The notes beneath the pieces are model-generated. The model searched no databases. It worked only from the letters and a program-made list of their open reading frames with translations, and had not been told where the DNA came from. A stretch of DNA of 53,872 nucleotides, filler included, from Jimgerdemannia flammicorona (lineage: Eukaryota): the NCBI GenBank assembly GCA_003990765.1. It is 2 parts of 2 records of this genome, joined end to end, with 100 filler letters (N's around TTAATTAATTAA, not from the genome) between each part and the next. Parts side by side here need not be neighbours in the genome. Positions count along the whole stretch, not along the records: positions 1 to 26,893 come from RBNJ01000684.1; 1 more part is not named here. One strand, given 5' to 3'. The translations under genes and the position numbers were made by a program. Below, piece by piece: positions 1 through 12,062 of the stretch; positions within the stretch are counted from its first letter, which is position 1, and each line of letters starts with the position of its first letter.

Positions 1-117
1 AAAAAAAAAAAAAAAAAAAAAACTAAGGCTACAGCCCATGAAAATGTTACAGGACAGAATGACAATATATTGCTAAGCGAAAACAGAAAACAGATGAATC
101 ATACTTGGCCCCATTAT

Positions 118-1611
118 TCAACCTCGATAATCTTTTATCCGATACTTGCATCCTTCCCATAAGCCCACGGCGGGGTACACCTTGCTGGGGAGATTACTCC
201 AAGCTGTTCCGTATTTGAATCCATTGATCGAAAGGGAACAGGTGTGATCATTTAGGTTTAAATGTAAGGTTATGACATCGCCATTTTTAATACTTTTGCC
301 GTATATTTCAACTCTTCTTCCTTCAATAATAAGTGGACTATTGCTGCTGGATTGGAAAGTCCATGCATATGGCCACTTTTCCATGTAACTATCAAAATGT
401 GTGAAGTCCTCTCCAACGAGCCCAATCTCGCAAGTCCCGCCCCTACTAGCAGTAGATTCAACAACAATGTCCCATTGACATAGATTGTTGTGAATATTAG
501 TCCCGGGAACGGAAAGCCGTACAGTCTTTGGCGAATTCCCCGATGGAAGCTCCACGACCTGGCCATCTTCCGAAATGACCACTTGAGAACCGATTTTCGA
601 TCGATCCCACTGGAGACCGACATTGTGATGCGATTTTTCGCGACTTGCGGACGGATGCCCCGTGGAGCATATGGTGTTCTTGCAGGCATGATGGCAAAAC
701 GCCATGTAATGTGGGGAGGTCTCTGCAAACGTGTCGACTGCCTCCGCAAGGATTTTGAGTCGATGCGGACAGATGAGTGTGAGGTCAAAGTGGCTCATCA
801 TTTTGAGCAGCAAGGCGCACGACGCGTCATTTCCTAGCCGGACCGTGCCGTCGCACCCCGCAACCATATCGTTGATGTCATGGAGAACGGCACGGCGCTC
901 CGAAGCCGACGGCGCGCTCTCGTTACGTGCCCAAACCCAGTCGACGACGGACAACAATAGGTCGTGCTCAGGCGTGGAGAGGGTCGCGGCCTCGATCAGG
1001 AGCAGCTCGAGAGCCTCTTCGGAGAGGTCGGTCATCTCACCGATAGCGAGTTTGTGAGCGCGATAGGGGTTCAGGAGCACGTCATAGAGGTCCTTGTTGG
1101 CTTCGTTCCAGGGGATAGCGGCGACAGTTTCGTTGAGAAGCGATGAGGCGACACCAAAATCAGCGAGGTCGTACGCGCGCTGCAGCACCATTTCCATGAG
1201 CTTGGGGAGGAGGAGAAATCTTGCTGCGTGGTATATTCCTACTGCGATGGAAATGTTGATGGTATTGTCGATGGTTTCAGTGTGAATGAAACCAAGGACG
1301 ATCCTAAGTACCGCGGACGTGATATCGTTGAGGACGACGCGTTGGGAGGAACCCTCTCGCATGTTTCCGTACAGCATCGCCTTGAAAACTGGACATCTTT
1401 TTACAGATTATATGAAATTAGGTGTGTGGAAAGTATCATAAAAATGATTGACACAACTAAAGAATCAAAATCGGACAAACCTTGAAGCCAGTACGGCACG
1501 GCATGCGCCCAGTTCGACACCATCGGCGCAGACGACGGCCACATCGTGATAGGTCGGATCTTTCCAGATGGAGGCGATATCGTCCTTGAGGCTAAGACCG
1601 CTGTCGACCAT
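118..1611 (-). CDS. BTB/POZ + C-terminal SPRY/B30.2-like domain protein, ~470 aa, 2 exons (1611-1481, 1396-118)
   Basis: Exon 1 reads MVDSGLSLKDDIASIWKDPTYHDVAVVCADGVELGACRAVLASR (BTB N-terminal pattern). An 84-nt GT..AG intron (1480-1397) joins it in frame to CPVFKAMLYGNMRE...VLRIVLGFIHT. The C-terminus has SPRY-like motifs (WDIVVE, EIGLV, GDVITLHLNL, LSINGFKYGTAWSNLPSKVYPAVGL). Confidence 0.85.
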
Positions 1612-2439
1612 GTTTATAAAAGCGAGAGAAAGGAGTCAAGGTGTGAATTCGGGCCGTGGAACAAATCCTTTCTGTTTTGATCTGAATCGTGGCGCAGCGA
1701 CATCTGACCTCAAAACATTCAATGCATTTCGGACGTATATACAAATGTCGAGGTACCTGCATCGTCAATCCACCATATGGAAATGAAAGTGCATTGTGAA
1801 GTATCCAACACAACGCATTGCACCGCTATGTGGTCAGCACTTCAGGCTGATGTACATTGTTCACATGAGCAGTTAAAAATACACGTTCGTTCATTCTCTC
1901 CTTTCCATTAAGAGTTCGTTCTTTGACCCTGATACTAAAGATCAGTCGCATGAATATATATATTGATCAAAGTTGCTCTCTAGTGCCGCCAATAGAATCA
2001 ACAAATACAAAGGACGTGTAAGGAACATGCCGACGATGCGAAGTAGAATGCAAATATTTTACGAAAAATATTTGCAAATAGACCATGGTTCCAAGCTCCT
2101 TATCTGCAGATTATATGCAAAACAGAATTTCGGCCATTTGGGAATGCCAGTAGTCCACCTTCTGGGCTCATGGATGGGTCTTTTAAACTGCATAGGATAT
2201 GCGGTTGGAGGAGTTTGACATTCATGGTTCTGGATGGAATATATGGCGTGAAATTACACAGAGCTCGGTATTAATTGGATTTCTGAAATGGGAAACATTC
2301 AATCGCAATTTTTCATAGAACCTACAGCTACAACACATCGTGAAAGTTTAAGAAGATACAACACAGGCCTTGATACAGAATGACGATAGTATTCACATTT
2401 CTAAGCTAAAAGTATATAAAACGTCCATGACCCCATCAT

Positions 2440-3675
2440 TCAGCCTCGATAATCGTATATCTGATACTTGCATCCTCCGAAAGCTCATAGGGTATACCTT
2501 GCTAAGGAGATTGCTCCATACCGCCCCATATTGAATTCGTTGATCCAAGGTCATAGGCATGGTCATTTGGGTTTAAATGCAAGGTCGTAACATCACCATT
2601 TTTAATACGTACATTCGCCGTAAGACCTGGAGCCATTTACTTCAGCCAAGTGTACACGGTTTGTTGTCGCAGGATTGGAACCTATGCATATGACCGAAAT
2701 GTCATAGAACTATTAAAATGTGTGAATTGCTCTCCTGCCCAATCTCACAGAAGGCGGTGATGCCAACGGATTCAACTACAATGTCCCATTCGCCATTCGT
2801 CTTGGGGACGGAAAGCCGCGCTGTTTTCAGCGAAGATCCTGATGGAACCTCCACAACCCGACCATCTTCCGAAATGACCACTTGATAACCGATTTTCGAT
2901 CGATCCCACTGGATATCGACTTTCTGCGACATTGGACGGATGCCTCCTGCGGCATATAATGTTCTTGCTTGGGTGATGGTAATACGCTATGTGGAGTGGA
3001 GAGGTTTCCGCTAACGTGTCCACTACTTCCGCAAGGATCCTGAGTCGATGCGTGCAGGTGAGCGTGAGGTCAAAGTGGCTCATTATTTAGAGCAGAAAGG
3101 CGCTCAACATGCCATATTATGCCGTTGCTCCCGTAATCATATCGCTGATTCCGTGGAGAACGGCATGGCGCTCCGAAGCCGATGGCGCGTCATCGTTGCC
3201 TGCCCAGGCCCAGTCGACGACACGTTGCCTCAGCAAGGAGCAGCTCGAGGGCCTCTTCGTCGGGATCGGTCAGCTCGCAAATGGTGAGCTTGTGAGCGCG
3301 GAAGAGGTTGAGAAGCGCGTCGTAGAGGTCTTGGCCGGCTTCGCTCCAGGGGATGGCGGCGACGGCTTCATTTAGAAGCGATGAGACGACACCAAAATAA
3401 ACAAGGTCGTGCGTGTGCTCCAGTACTATTTTTATGAGCTTGGGAAGGAGGAGAAGGCTTGTTGTGCGGTATATTCCTACCGCGATGGAAATGTCAACAG
3501 TGCTGTCGATGGTTTCGGTGTGAATGAAACTGAAGACGATGTTGAGCACCGTGGAGGTGATATTGTTGAGAACGACGCGCTGAGAGGAACCCTCCCGCAT
3601 GTTTCCTTACAGCATTGCTTTAAAAACTAGGCATCATTTAAGAGACCATATGTGTGGAAAGTGTACGGCACGGCA
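2440..3675 (-). pseudogene. Decayed tandem paralog of the BTB-SPRY gene
   Basis: ORF pieces 3190-3600, 2772-3083 and 2702-2932 match the upstream gene (MREGSSQRVVLN, MSHFDLTL, QWDRSKIG) in shifted frames. The splice-donor region is deleted and the 5' end is truncated near 3675. Confidence 0.85.
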
Positions 3676-5844
3676 TTTATAGATATAGAGGGAAGCAGTC
3701 ACAAGATTCATTCATCTGCCTGTTTTACTGGAAACCATTCACCCGCTTTGCTGAGAATTGTCCATTGGCCCGTTTCGCCGGGAATAATCGTCTGTCAACC
3801 CGCTTTCCTGGGAATCATCCACCCATCCGCCTGTTTTGCTGAATCGCCCGCTTGCTGGAATGCCGAATCGTAGTCCGTCCACCCCAGTGACATCACCTTT
3901 GCTGACAAATTGCAATGGTCAATTTCCTATAGATGAGTGACGTAAACACTGATGACATAACAAATTACTCGTATATATTGTAATGGTGACCCCAGAATGA
4001 TGACATCAGCACAGGAGACAGTCTTTCCTTACAAGCCACCAGATCGGAGCACAAGAAGATCATATGGTATGTGAGATGAGCAATGATGACCAACTGTGAG
4101 TCATTGTGACCACAGTACAAGCATCCTGAGGAATATAAAAGAAGGATCAAGGAACCACAGTAACAGCAACCAACAAGACCCACCAATCTCAAAAATAGCT
4201 CAAAGACTCACTATAAATGAAATGCCTACTGTCCACCAAACCTCAAGATCAAGAAACCACCAAGGCATCTCAGTCAAAGAAAGGATGTTCTAAGATATCA
4301 GAAGAGCCATGAGGACCTGCTCAAGAAGGACTCCTAGTATCAACCTGAGTACTGGTGACTCTTATCATTATATCCTCTACTGTGTAAAATGGAAACAAGG
4401 ATCACTATTGCTACTGAATACATCCAAATGTGGCAAGAGTACAAAATAGAAAACCTCCTCTGCTGGGAGTTCCCACAGGCCAGCACTCGAGAGCTACAAG
4501 ATACCACTCCCATGGATATATGTACATGAAACAAGGATAGCTAAGAAGATCCATCAGATCTTTAGGCATGCACCATAGTTGATCTCCAACTTGGAGTATG
4601 TTAGAGTCTCAGATTTCAGTGACCTGTCATCCTGCCATATCAATGCACTAGAAGCCAGAGTGGCTATAGAAGCCCAGTCCACTATCACCCTCAATAGTGA
4701 TGAAGTAGAAGACTTCTGGCATCCCATCCTCCAGGACAACCTAGACCAATTCCTGCAAGGATTGATCTCAGTATTCTAAGGCCCAAGTAGTGCTCTGAAC
4801 GGATGAAGTTGATCCAGATGAGATTCAATTCAGATTCGTCATGTGATAGATTCGAATCAACTCAGATTGGTCTCATGATCTGATCTGGATTGATCTGGAT
4901 TGATCCAGATTGATTGATCCATCCGGATTGATCTGGATTGGTCCATCCAGATTGGTCCATTCGGATTGGTCCATCTGGATTGATCCATCTGGATTGAAAT
5001 CATTAGTGACATCACCCTTTCTTTTGTTTATTTTGCTCTTGTTTTTTTTTTCCTGCTGCACTTTGGTGACATCACCCTTTTCTTTTGCTCCCTCTCTTCT
5101 TTTGTTCTTTTCTTTGTTCTTTTTCTTTGTTCTTTTTCTTTGTTCTTTCCTGCCACATCATGAGCAAACAAAACAGCAGCCCTTAATTTGTACATTGGTC
5201 TAGTCTACTCATTTTTCACCCTGCAATAATTGTCAAAAGAGGGAGTATTCGAGGTGGAAATGCACTCTCTGCTGACAATGTTAGATTCTTTCTCATATGG
5301 ACAGCATACAAGCTGCTCATCGAGAGCCAAAGGGGCAGTGGTGATGGTGATGGTGATGGCGGGAATGAGGGAGAATTCTGGCAACAACTCACGGTGGCCC
5401 TTCAGACCTCGGAATTCACAGACCTTACAGCTATGTACGCAGCAGCCTTTTTGGAGCAGCCGATAGTAGATGTAGGTTGCTCACTTGGCCGCCACTTATT
5501 TACTTATATTTATTTAAACTTTCCCAGCATGACCCAATTCACCTCGTGCTTTTCTTAGGGTCCACAGCTCTATGGTGAGATCTGCCGACTTTATTCGCAA
5601 CATCTGATCAAGATGCAGAAAGGCTGGCGGATGTTGCAGGGCATGCCTTTGGTGGCTGAGCTATTAAGTCAATGCATCACGTGGTGGAGGTCTCAAAGGG
5701 AACAGAAGCAAGCCTTTATGAGCAATCTTGTACAACTTATACAACTCGTCGGCATGTAGCTCACTCACTCACTCACTTATGCTCTTTTTCTGAAATACCC
5801 ATCTCCATGTTTTATTTAATTTCATTTTTATATGGTCTCTCTCT

Positions 5845-6040
5845 AAAAAACACCCACACCCACATGCAACCCACCTGCACACAACCTGTCTGCATACAAC
5901 ACGCCTGCATACAACCTGCCTGCATGCAACCTGCCCACAACCTGCCCGCACACAACCTGCCCGCAACCCGCCCACATGCAACCTGCCCGCATGCAACCCA
6001 CCTGCACACAACCCATCTGCATGCAACCCATCTGCATACT
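5845..6040. repeat. Minisatellite of ~(CATGCAACC(C/T)GCC) units, probably intronic in the cargo gene
   Basis: Visible 14-19-nt imperfect tandem units, immediately followed by CAG acceptor candidates at 6046-6048 and 6054-6056. Confidence 0.75.
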
Positions 6041-6048
6041 TATCTCAG

Positions 6049-7287
6049 TCCCTCAGATCAGGGCTCAGTTCCATTGGAAAGGAGAGTTCAAAGTTACCCA
6101 AGTTCAACCATGTCCGGCATCTGATCAAATAGAGAAATTTGAGGGCAAGATGTTCAGCATGAGCAGTACCAGCATCATCATCAAGGCTTGGGGGTCTACA
6201 TTCGAATCAGAGCCAATCATACTCAACCAAGGGGTCCATTGGCCAGCAGGAGTAACCAACGATGAAGAGAACCATATCTTTATTAATAAACATAGAGAGG
6301 TGGTTGTGATGGTGATAAGGAACCTCTATGGCAATGAGCTTCGCTGCCACATCAATGAGATTTGCGAGGATTGCATCAAATACTGGGTTGCAGGAAAGAG
6401 GGGGCAAAAAAAGCAAGGAGAGGGGGTTTGGATGGGAATTGGGTATACTGCAATACTGGCAAAGGGTGGGTTCTGGAGTTCTGAAATCCCCCGCACTCAT
6501 CTCCCTTTTTTTTTAACCCCTCCCCAGATAAATCACACTCTTCACTGATATACTCTTTTTGACACAATTCCAGGAATGCACAAGATTCTGTACCCCTACC
6601 AGAACTTTAGAAGTACTATCAAAGAGTAAACTGCACATGAGCATGACACAGCCTGTGCGGCAATAGCAGCTATGATCTGGGGTTCTTTGAGCAGATTGGT
6701 AGAGCATACGGCAGGCCAGCTTAGTGGTGATCTTGGTGCAGCTGTATGTACATTCTTGGCACAATTTAGCATGCTGTATGAGGTGAGGAGCTCTGCTTTT
6801 TCGGGGTGTATAGCCTGGGGGGTTTCTGCCCCCCCACATACAAAAAGGACTGACCAGTTGCCATCTGTTTTGGCAGGTTTCCAAGCCAGGGCTCCTGGGG
6901 CTGGACCAAGGGCAGACATCCACCAGCACAGCCTGGCAGTATGAGGTCCTGGGCCAAGGGTTCACCCAACCGTACGCTTGTATCACATCAGGGTATATTG
7001 GGTGCAACCTTTCTCTGCCCACACACACAGACAACAATATCACCCTGGTAATGTTTTATGTCCCGGAAAGGAAGGGCCCAACCTGGGAGGATAGCGGCAG
7101 AGTCTGGTATGACCTCACCTATAGTTTCGGGGTCCCGTTTGCAGTCAACACAGCCATTCTATTCCAACCACATGACCACCATGGCACTGTCGCCTTTGAG
7201 GAGAGCTCGGACACAACAGTTGTTGCACTCATAATGGATGATAGGCTCATCAAGGCCTGGGACCAGCAGGTGGAGCAGTTTTTGTAA
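6049..7287 (+). pseudogene. TET/JBP-like 2OG-Fe(II) dioxygenase cargo gene (exons ~6049-6465, 6574-6782, 6877-7287; one premature TAA)
   Basis: Two GT-AG introns (6466-6573, 6783-6876) with CTGAY branch-like motifs join three frames into one protein. It contains CITSGYIGCNLSLPTHTD (HxD at 7024-7032) and NTAILFQPHDHHGT. One stop at 6627-6629. Further upstream exons (~5230-5755) are possible but unresolved. Confidence 0.6.
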
Positions 7288-7594
7288 GGGTTAGGCAATC
7301 TTTCACAAGGGTTAGGCAATCTTTCGTGAGGGTTAGGCAGCCATTTTGTGTGGATTGAGCAGTCTTATATAGGGGGGGTTGGGCCAGGCACCTCTTATAT
7401 AGCACTAGCTTAGCCATTATGCAGAGCCCTACCAGCTCCTCAGCTCTGCTCTATAGTGCTGCTGGTGCAGTACTGCGGCATAGGATCAGGGTGTCCATGG
7501 GACCTGAACTGGTGACTTCGACTACTGGAAACACCCTCTGACCACCAGAAGCACCCTCTGACTGCCAGAAGCACCCTCCGCCCCAGACTCCTTG

Positions 7595-8070
7595 GTGGCT
7601 TGGGGCTGCCCCTATGCTGCTGGCAGAGGGCTGCAAATTTTGCGCACTCCCTCCACCTACCTTGCCCATCCTGGACACTTGTGGCTTGGGGCTGCCTCTT
7701 GCTGCTAGCAGAGGGCTGCAAATTTTGTATGCTCCCTCCGCCAACCCTGTGCCCACCAACCTGCCAACCGACCCCACCCACTGACCTGGACACTGACAGC
7801 TTGGGGCTGTCCCTTGCTGCTGGTGGAGGGCCGCAAATTTTGCATGCTCCCTCCGCCTACCCCCCCGACCTGGACACTTGCAGCTTAGGGCTGCCTCTTG
7901 CTGCTGGCAGAGGGCCGCAAATTTTGCACACTCCCTCCACTGACCCACTGACCTGTCCACCGACCCACCCACTGACCTGCCCACCAACCTGGGTACTGGC
8001 AGCTTGGGGCTGCCTCTTGCTGCTGGCTGAGGGTTGCAAATATTGTATGCTCCCTCTGCCACCACCGCCA
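7595..8070. repeat. Tandem repeat, ~5 units of ~85-120 bp, inside hAT-1
   Basis: Core GCTTGGGGCTGCCTCTTGCTGCTGGCAGAGGGCTGCAAATTTTG recurs at ~7598, 7684, 7799, 7883 and 8002. Confidence 0.85.
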
Positions 8071-8211
8071 ACCCCACCCCACTTGGGCCACAAATACCAG
8101 GCCAAGTCCTCAGGTTTTTTTTTTCCTTTTTTATTATTTTGAAAGGTATTAATTTGAAAGGTATTAAATATTCCACAAGGCCAACCAACTTATCCATGGA
8201 CCTGCTGAATT

Positions 8212-10762
8212 TTAGCAGCCCAAGCCCCACCAAGACTTCAGACACATATATCCCAGATTGTCTCAGCATTCAGTGTACACCTCTTTGAGGCAACGAGGTC
8301 CACTCCACCTGAGAACACCCACTCAACGGGAGCGCTGGAGGCAGGAATTGCCAGATAGTCCCAAGCCATACTACACAGGCTGGAGAAGTCCATTTGATGC
8401 AGCTGCATGCCCCAGTGGGTAGAGTGGTGGTTAGATTGGTGGGTTAAATTGGCCCAATGCTCGCCTGACAATGCCCACCTGACAACCCACCTTCTACCAG
8501 TTGAGCACCTCTGCACCCTCCAGCAGGACCATGCAGTCACTGGTGAGGTAAATTGTAAAGTTCATCTATTGATGGCAGCTCTTCCACTGACAGCTCCCTC
8601 TTCCTCTTTCTGCTGAAGTAAATGTGGAACAGGAGGGATCCCTTGGCATATTTGTCTGGACTTTGGCCAGAACCTTGCGGTGGTGCATAGTTTTTTTAGT
8701 ATACTTCGATTATGGCCTGCTTGGTTCTCTCAATGAAGTGCTGCTCCCAGCCCTGAACTTTATGGTATTGTAGCTTTAAGCATGGATCCAGCACTGTTCG
8801 AAGAGAAGGAGAGTGAGTTTTGCAGGATTTCTTCTGTTTTGGAAGAGGCAACGGCCACATGCCAACATTGACATACCTGTACTGATTGAGTATATGGCAG
8901 TATCTATTTGGGAGTAGTACTTTCTGAGCTTGCTTAGAGCAATCTCCACAGCATCTCTCTGATCTGGACTTAACCATAAATCACTACAACCCTCCAGCCT
9001 GTCCTCGAGCTTGTCCTCTAGCCAGTCAATCAGAAGGTTGTATACTGGTATCACAGAGCTTATTGTTGGGGTCATTTGTTTGACTATATCCTTCATACAA
9101 TCATTGAAATACTGGCAGTTATATGTGGTGAGGTGTTGCATTGTGTGGAGGCAGACAAAATGAGTGTGGAGCCAGAGCAACCACCACTTACTTCCAAAAC
9201 TCTGACAACATTCCTAAGTATGTCCCACTCACTTTCACCTAGAGCCTTGGCCCATATTTCCTTGTCAGCAGCCATCATTGAATCTATTGGCTTTTTTTTT
9301 TTAAATAAATCTTCCATTATCTGAAACAGTTGCTTCAGCCGACTGAAGAAAAAAAGAATGCATACTACAGCAAACTCCAGTGCATGCTGGATCATTGCAA
9401 ATGTTGAGTTCCAATGCATACAGACATCCAATATAAGCTCTTTCGGGGCTAAACTGATTGCTCTACACTGCACAGTGAATTTATCTCGTCATTGTGAGAC
9501 AATCAGACTGACACAACCAGTTTGCGCAGCTTGGAAATTATACTCAGGGCCCCTCCTCTCTCAGATGTTTTGTCTATGTATGTAAGATAGTCCTGATCAG
9601 TACATGGGCCTGGCATCGCACACAGTAGCTTTCTACACTGAAGGCCATGTTTTCCTGTTTGAGGCTGGCCGCTAAAACTTGGAAAAATGTTGAGTTGTTT
9701 GTGGCATTGTTCATCATAATGGCCAAAATCTATACTTGAAATATTCAGTTAGCAAATTATGTGAAAATAAATAACCAACAAAATCTGTTTTGTTTAAGGA
9801 CCTCTCTCAAAATGCCGACCTGATGGCAAGTCCCCCTTTTTTTACCTTAGTTGTGATCCCAAGCTCCCGGATATAACTAATAAAAGCATCTGCGATGTTG
9901 TCTCCAGAATGAGGGCCAGCAAGTTTGATGAAGTCAAGGGTGAGAGATTTAAGCTGCCAATCAAGGTCAATCCAATGACCGGTAATGTCCAGAAATGAAA
10001 TTGCATTGGGGGATGTCCATGTGTCGATTGTAAACAAAATTTTGCCTGCCAAATTCTGCTTATTGAATGTAAGGTTAAATTGGTGAGCTCTTTTATATAA
10101 TTCAGCTTGCAAAGGTCACAGTGCTGCCCTTATTTTACCTGAAGTATCTGGCAGAGATTGTTGTGCTCCTTCCTATAGGCCTCCAGGACATCTTTGCGAA
10201 TAGTATCAGCACTTGGCAAATATAAATCATGCTTGAGGAGACCAAAGATGCTATGCAATTGATCACTCTTGATGGTTGTGAATGGCTGGTCTGTACACAC
10301 AATCCAGTGAATGAGCTGATTTCAAAATTCTGCCGAAGAGTATGGCTAAATATTTTTGATTAAACAGTATTATTGGTACAGAAATGGTTGGGCAATCGGA
10401 GAAACATACCCACCACAGCTTGGATGTCGATTTTATTTGTCTCTGTATTCTTTTTGATTTTGTCAGAGTGCATGTCTTTTATGTATCAATTCATGTTCGA
10501 GGTCATACCACCAAGCATTTTGAACTTCTGGCTGGTGCAGTTTATGGGAGTGGATGAAACAATATCATATGTGTGTCAAATAAGTCAATAGGTGCATCTT
10601 AATTTTTAACCTGCAATAATTACAAACAACATCATCTCCTATCTTAGCACAATGTTGCCAGATTTCAGAGTGAGGATTGCATGGAAGGTGTGGAACTATC
10701 AGGGATGTTTGACTTGAAGCATCATTGGTACTGTGAACTGTTGAAGACTGATCTGTCGACAT
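8212..10762 (-). pseudogene. hAT transposase with BED zinc finger, multi-intron, disrupted
   Basis: SEIWQH...VVCNYC (BED), FTIDTWTSPN...ITGHWID...LDFIKLAGPHSGDNIA, ELILDVCMHWNSTFAMI, VLDPCLKL, DYLAIPASSAPVEWVFS (hAT dimerisation domain). Confidence 0.9.
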
Positions 10763-11770
10763 ATGTGTTTACATGTTTGCATGTGCATGTGTATGCATGT
10801 GTGTATATTGTGTGTGTATTGTATTGTGGACACATCCGGCATATGAGTCATGTGGAGGATTTGGATTGGAGGATTCAGTTGAAGGATTCAGATGAGGATT
10901 CGGATTGAAGGTTTCAAATTGGAGGATTTGAATTGGAGGATTTGAATTGGAGAATTCGGATTGAGTGATTCAGATTGAGTGATTTGGATTGAGTGATTTG
11001 GATTGAGTGATTCAGATTGAGTAATTCAGATTGGGGTGGTTCAGATGGGTGATTTGGATGGGGTGATTCAGATGGGGCAATTCAGATTAATCCAAGTTGA
11101 TTTGGATGGCTTCAGATTTGAGATTCGGATCGAACCATCATGTGACAAATCAAATCCAGATTTGATTCGAATTGACTCGTTCAGAGCACTAGGCCCAAGC
11201 ATCCAGGTTAGACCTCCCCAAGACCCCACATTTGTTCTCTATTTTGTAGAAGAGAACCTCATAGACTGGAGAGCTCCAGATCTCCTTGTCCTCACTGCCA
11301 CCACTGAATATAATAACATCATCAGCAATGATGTCATCCTGTGTGACATACATGAGATGTATGATGAGCATGGAATATGCAAAGCATGTGAAGTATGCAA
11401 AATGCATGACCTACATGATGATGATGACAAATTTGTAGATCTCATCTCCTTCGAAGACATCCTGATCTCTATGATAAAGCCTCTATGGTCCTAAACATTC
11501 TGCTCTAAGTCCCTTGGTTACACTGGATAATACCAGCACTGGTATTCTGAGGTAATACTGAATAATGCCAGCACTGGCATTCTGAGATAACACTGAATAA
11601 TATCAGCACTGATATTTTGATGTGACACCAAATTATACCAGCATTCTGAACCTATACAACCATCAGTGCCAACCCTGGAACTTAGCAGTTTTTCCTGTTC
11701 TGGCATTTTATTTTAGTTATTGGAATTTATATTTAGCTTTATATCTTAGCAACCATTGAATTATATTTTG

Positions 11771-11808
11771 TATAAATACTCCTCTTATTTTCTCTGAAAT
11801 AAAGTCAG
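11771..11808 (+). promoter_or_regulatory. LTR TATA box and poly(A) signal (5' LTR)
   Basis: TATAAATA at 11771-11778 and AATAAA at 11798-11803, followed by GTCAGT. Same layout in the 3' LTR (24968, 24995) and the solo LTR (42090, 42116). Confidence 0.6.
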
Positions 11809-12009
11809 TTAAGTTCACTTACACACAATCTCTTGCAAGCAATCTAAAAGATAACAAGATAGTTAAAGATAAGAAGTTTGAGGACTATAAGACCTTAGGA
11901 AGGCACTCCAATAAGAACTTGCTTATAACAAACTTGAGTTAGTCTAAGAGATATACCTTGAAGAGAATCTGACATATTTGAAAGACTCAGTGACCACTAT
12001 GTGACAACT

Positions 12010-12027
12010 TGGTGCCCATTGGCTGGT
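12010..12027 (+). other. Primer-binding site (tRNA identity not determined)
   Basis: TGGTGCCCATTGGCTGGT begins 3 nt after the 5' LTR; TGG is complementary to the tRNA CCA end. Confidence 0.7.
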
Positions 12028-12062
12028 GATTCAAGACGAATCTCTCACTTTCAAGCTGAAAA

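Larger units (their letters stand above)
4788..11191 (-). mobile_element. hAT DNA transposon (hAT-1), 6.4 kb, with cargo gene
   Basis: 14-bp TIR TAGTGCTCTGAACG/CGTTCAGAGCACTA. Perfect 8-bp TSD GGCCCAAG (4780-4787, 11192-11199). Subterminal GATTC/GATCC-type arrays at ~4802-5000 and ~10855-11177. Confidence 0.95.
3979..12006 (+). repeat. 5' LTR (~1.6 kb), split into 3979-4787 and 11192-12006 by a hAT insertion
   Basis: Both pieces are collinear with the 3' LTR, which has a single GGCCCAAG at the join. Confidence 0.95.

Noticed and set aside
5769..6037. Cys-rich short ORFs in several frames
   Set aside because: They derive from the CATGCAACC minisatellite.
7287..7340. Three copies of GGGTTAGGCA(ATCTTTC), telomere-like
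   Set aside because: The unit is ~21 nt and not tandem TTAGGG; it is a local duplication at the cargo gene stop.
7595..8070. Repeat-spacer-like array resembling CRISPR
   Set aside because: Eukaryotic TE context, no cas genes, degenerate repeats, and intervening sequences related to each other rather than unique.
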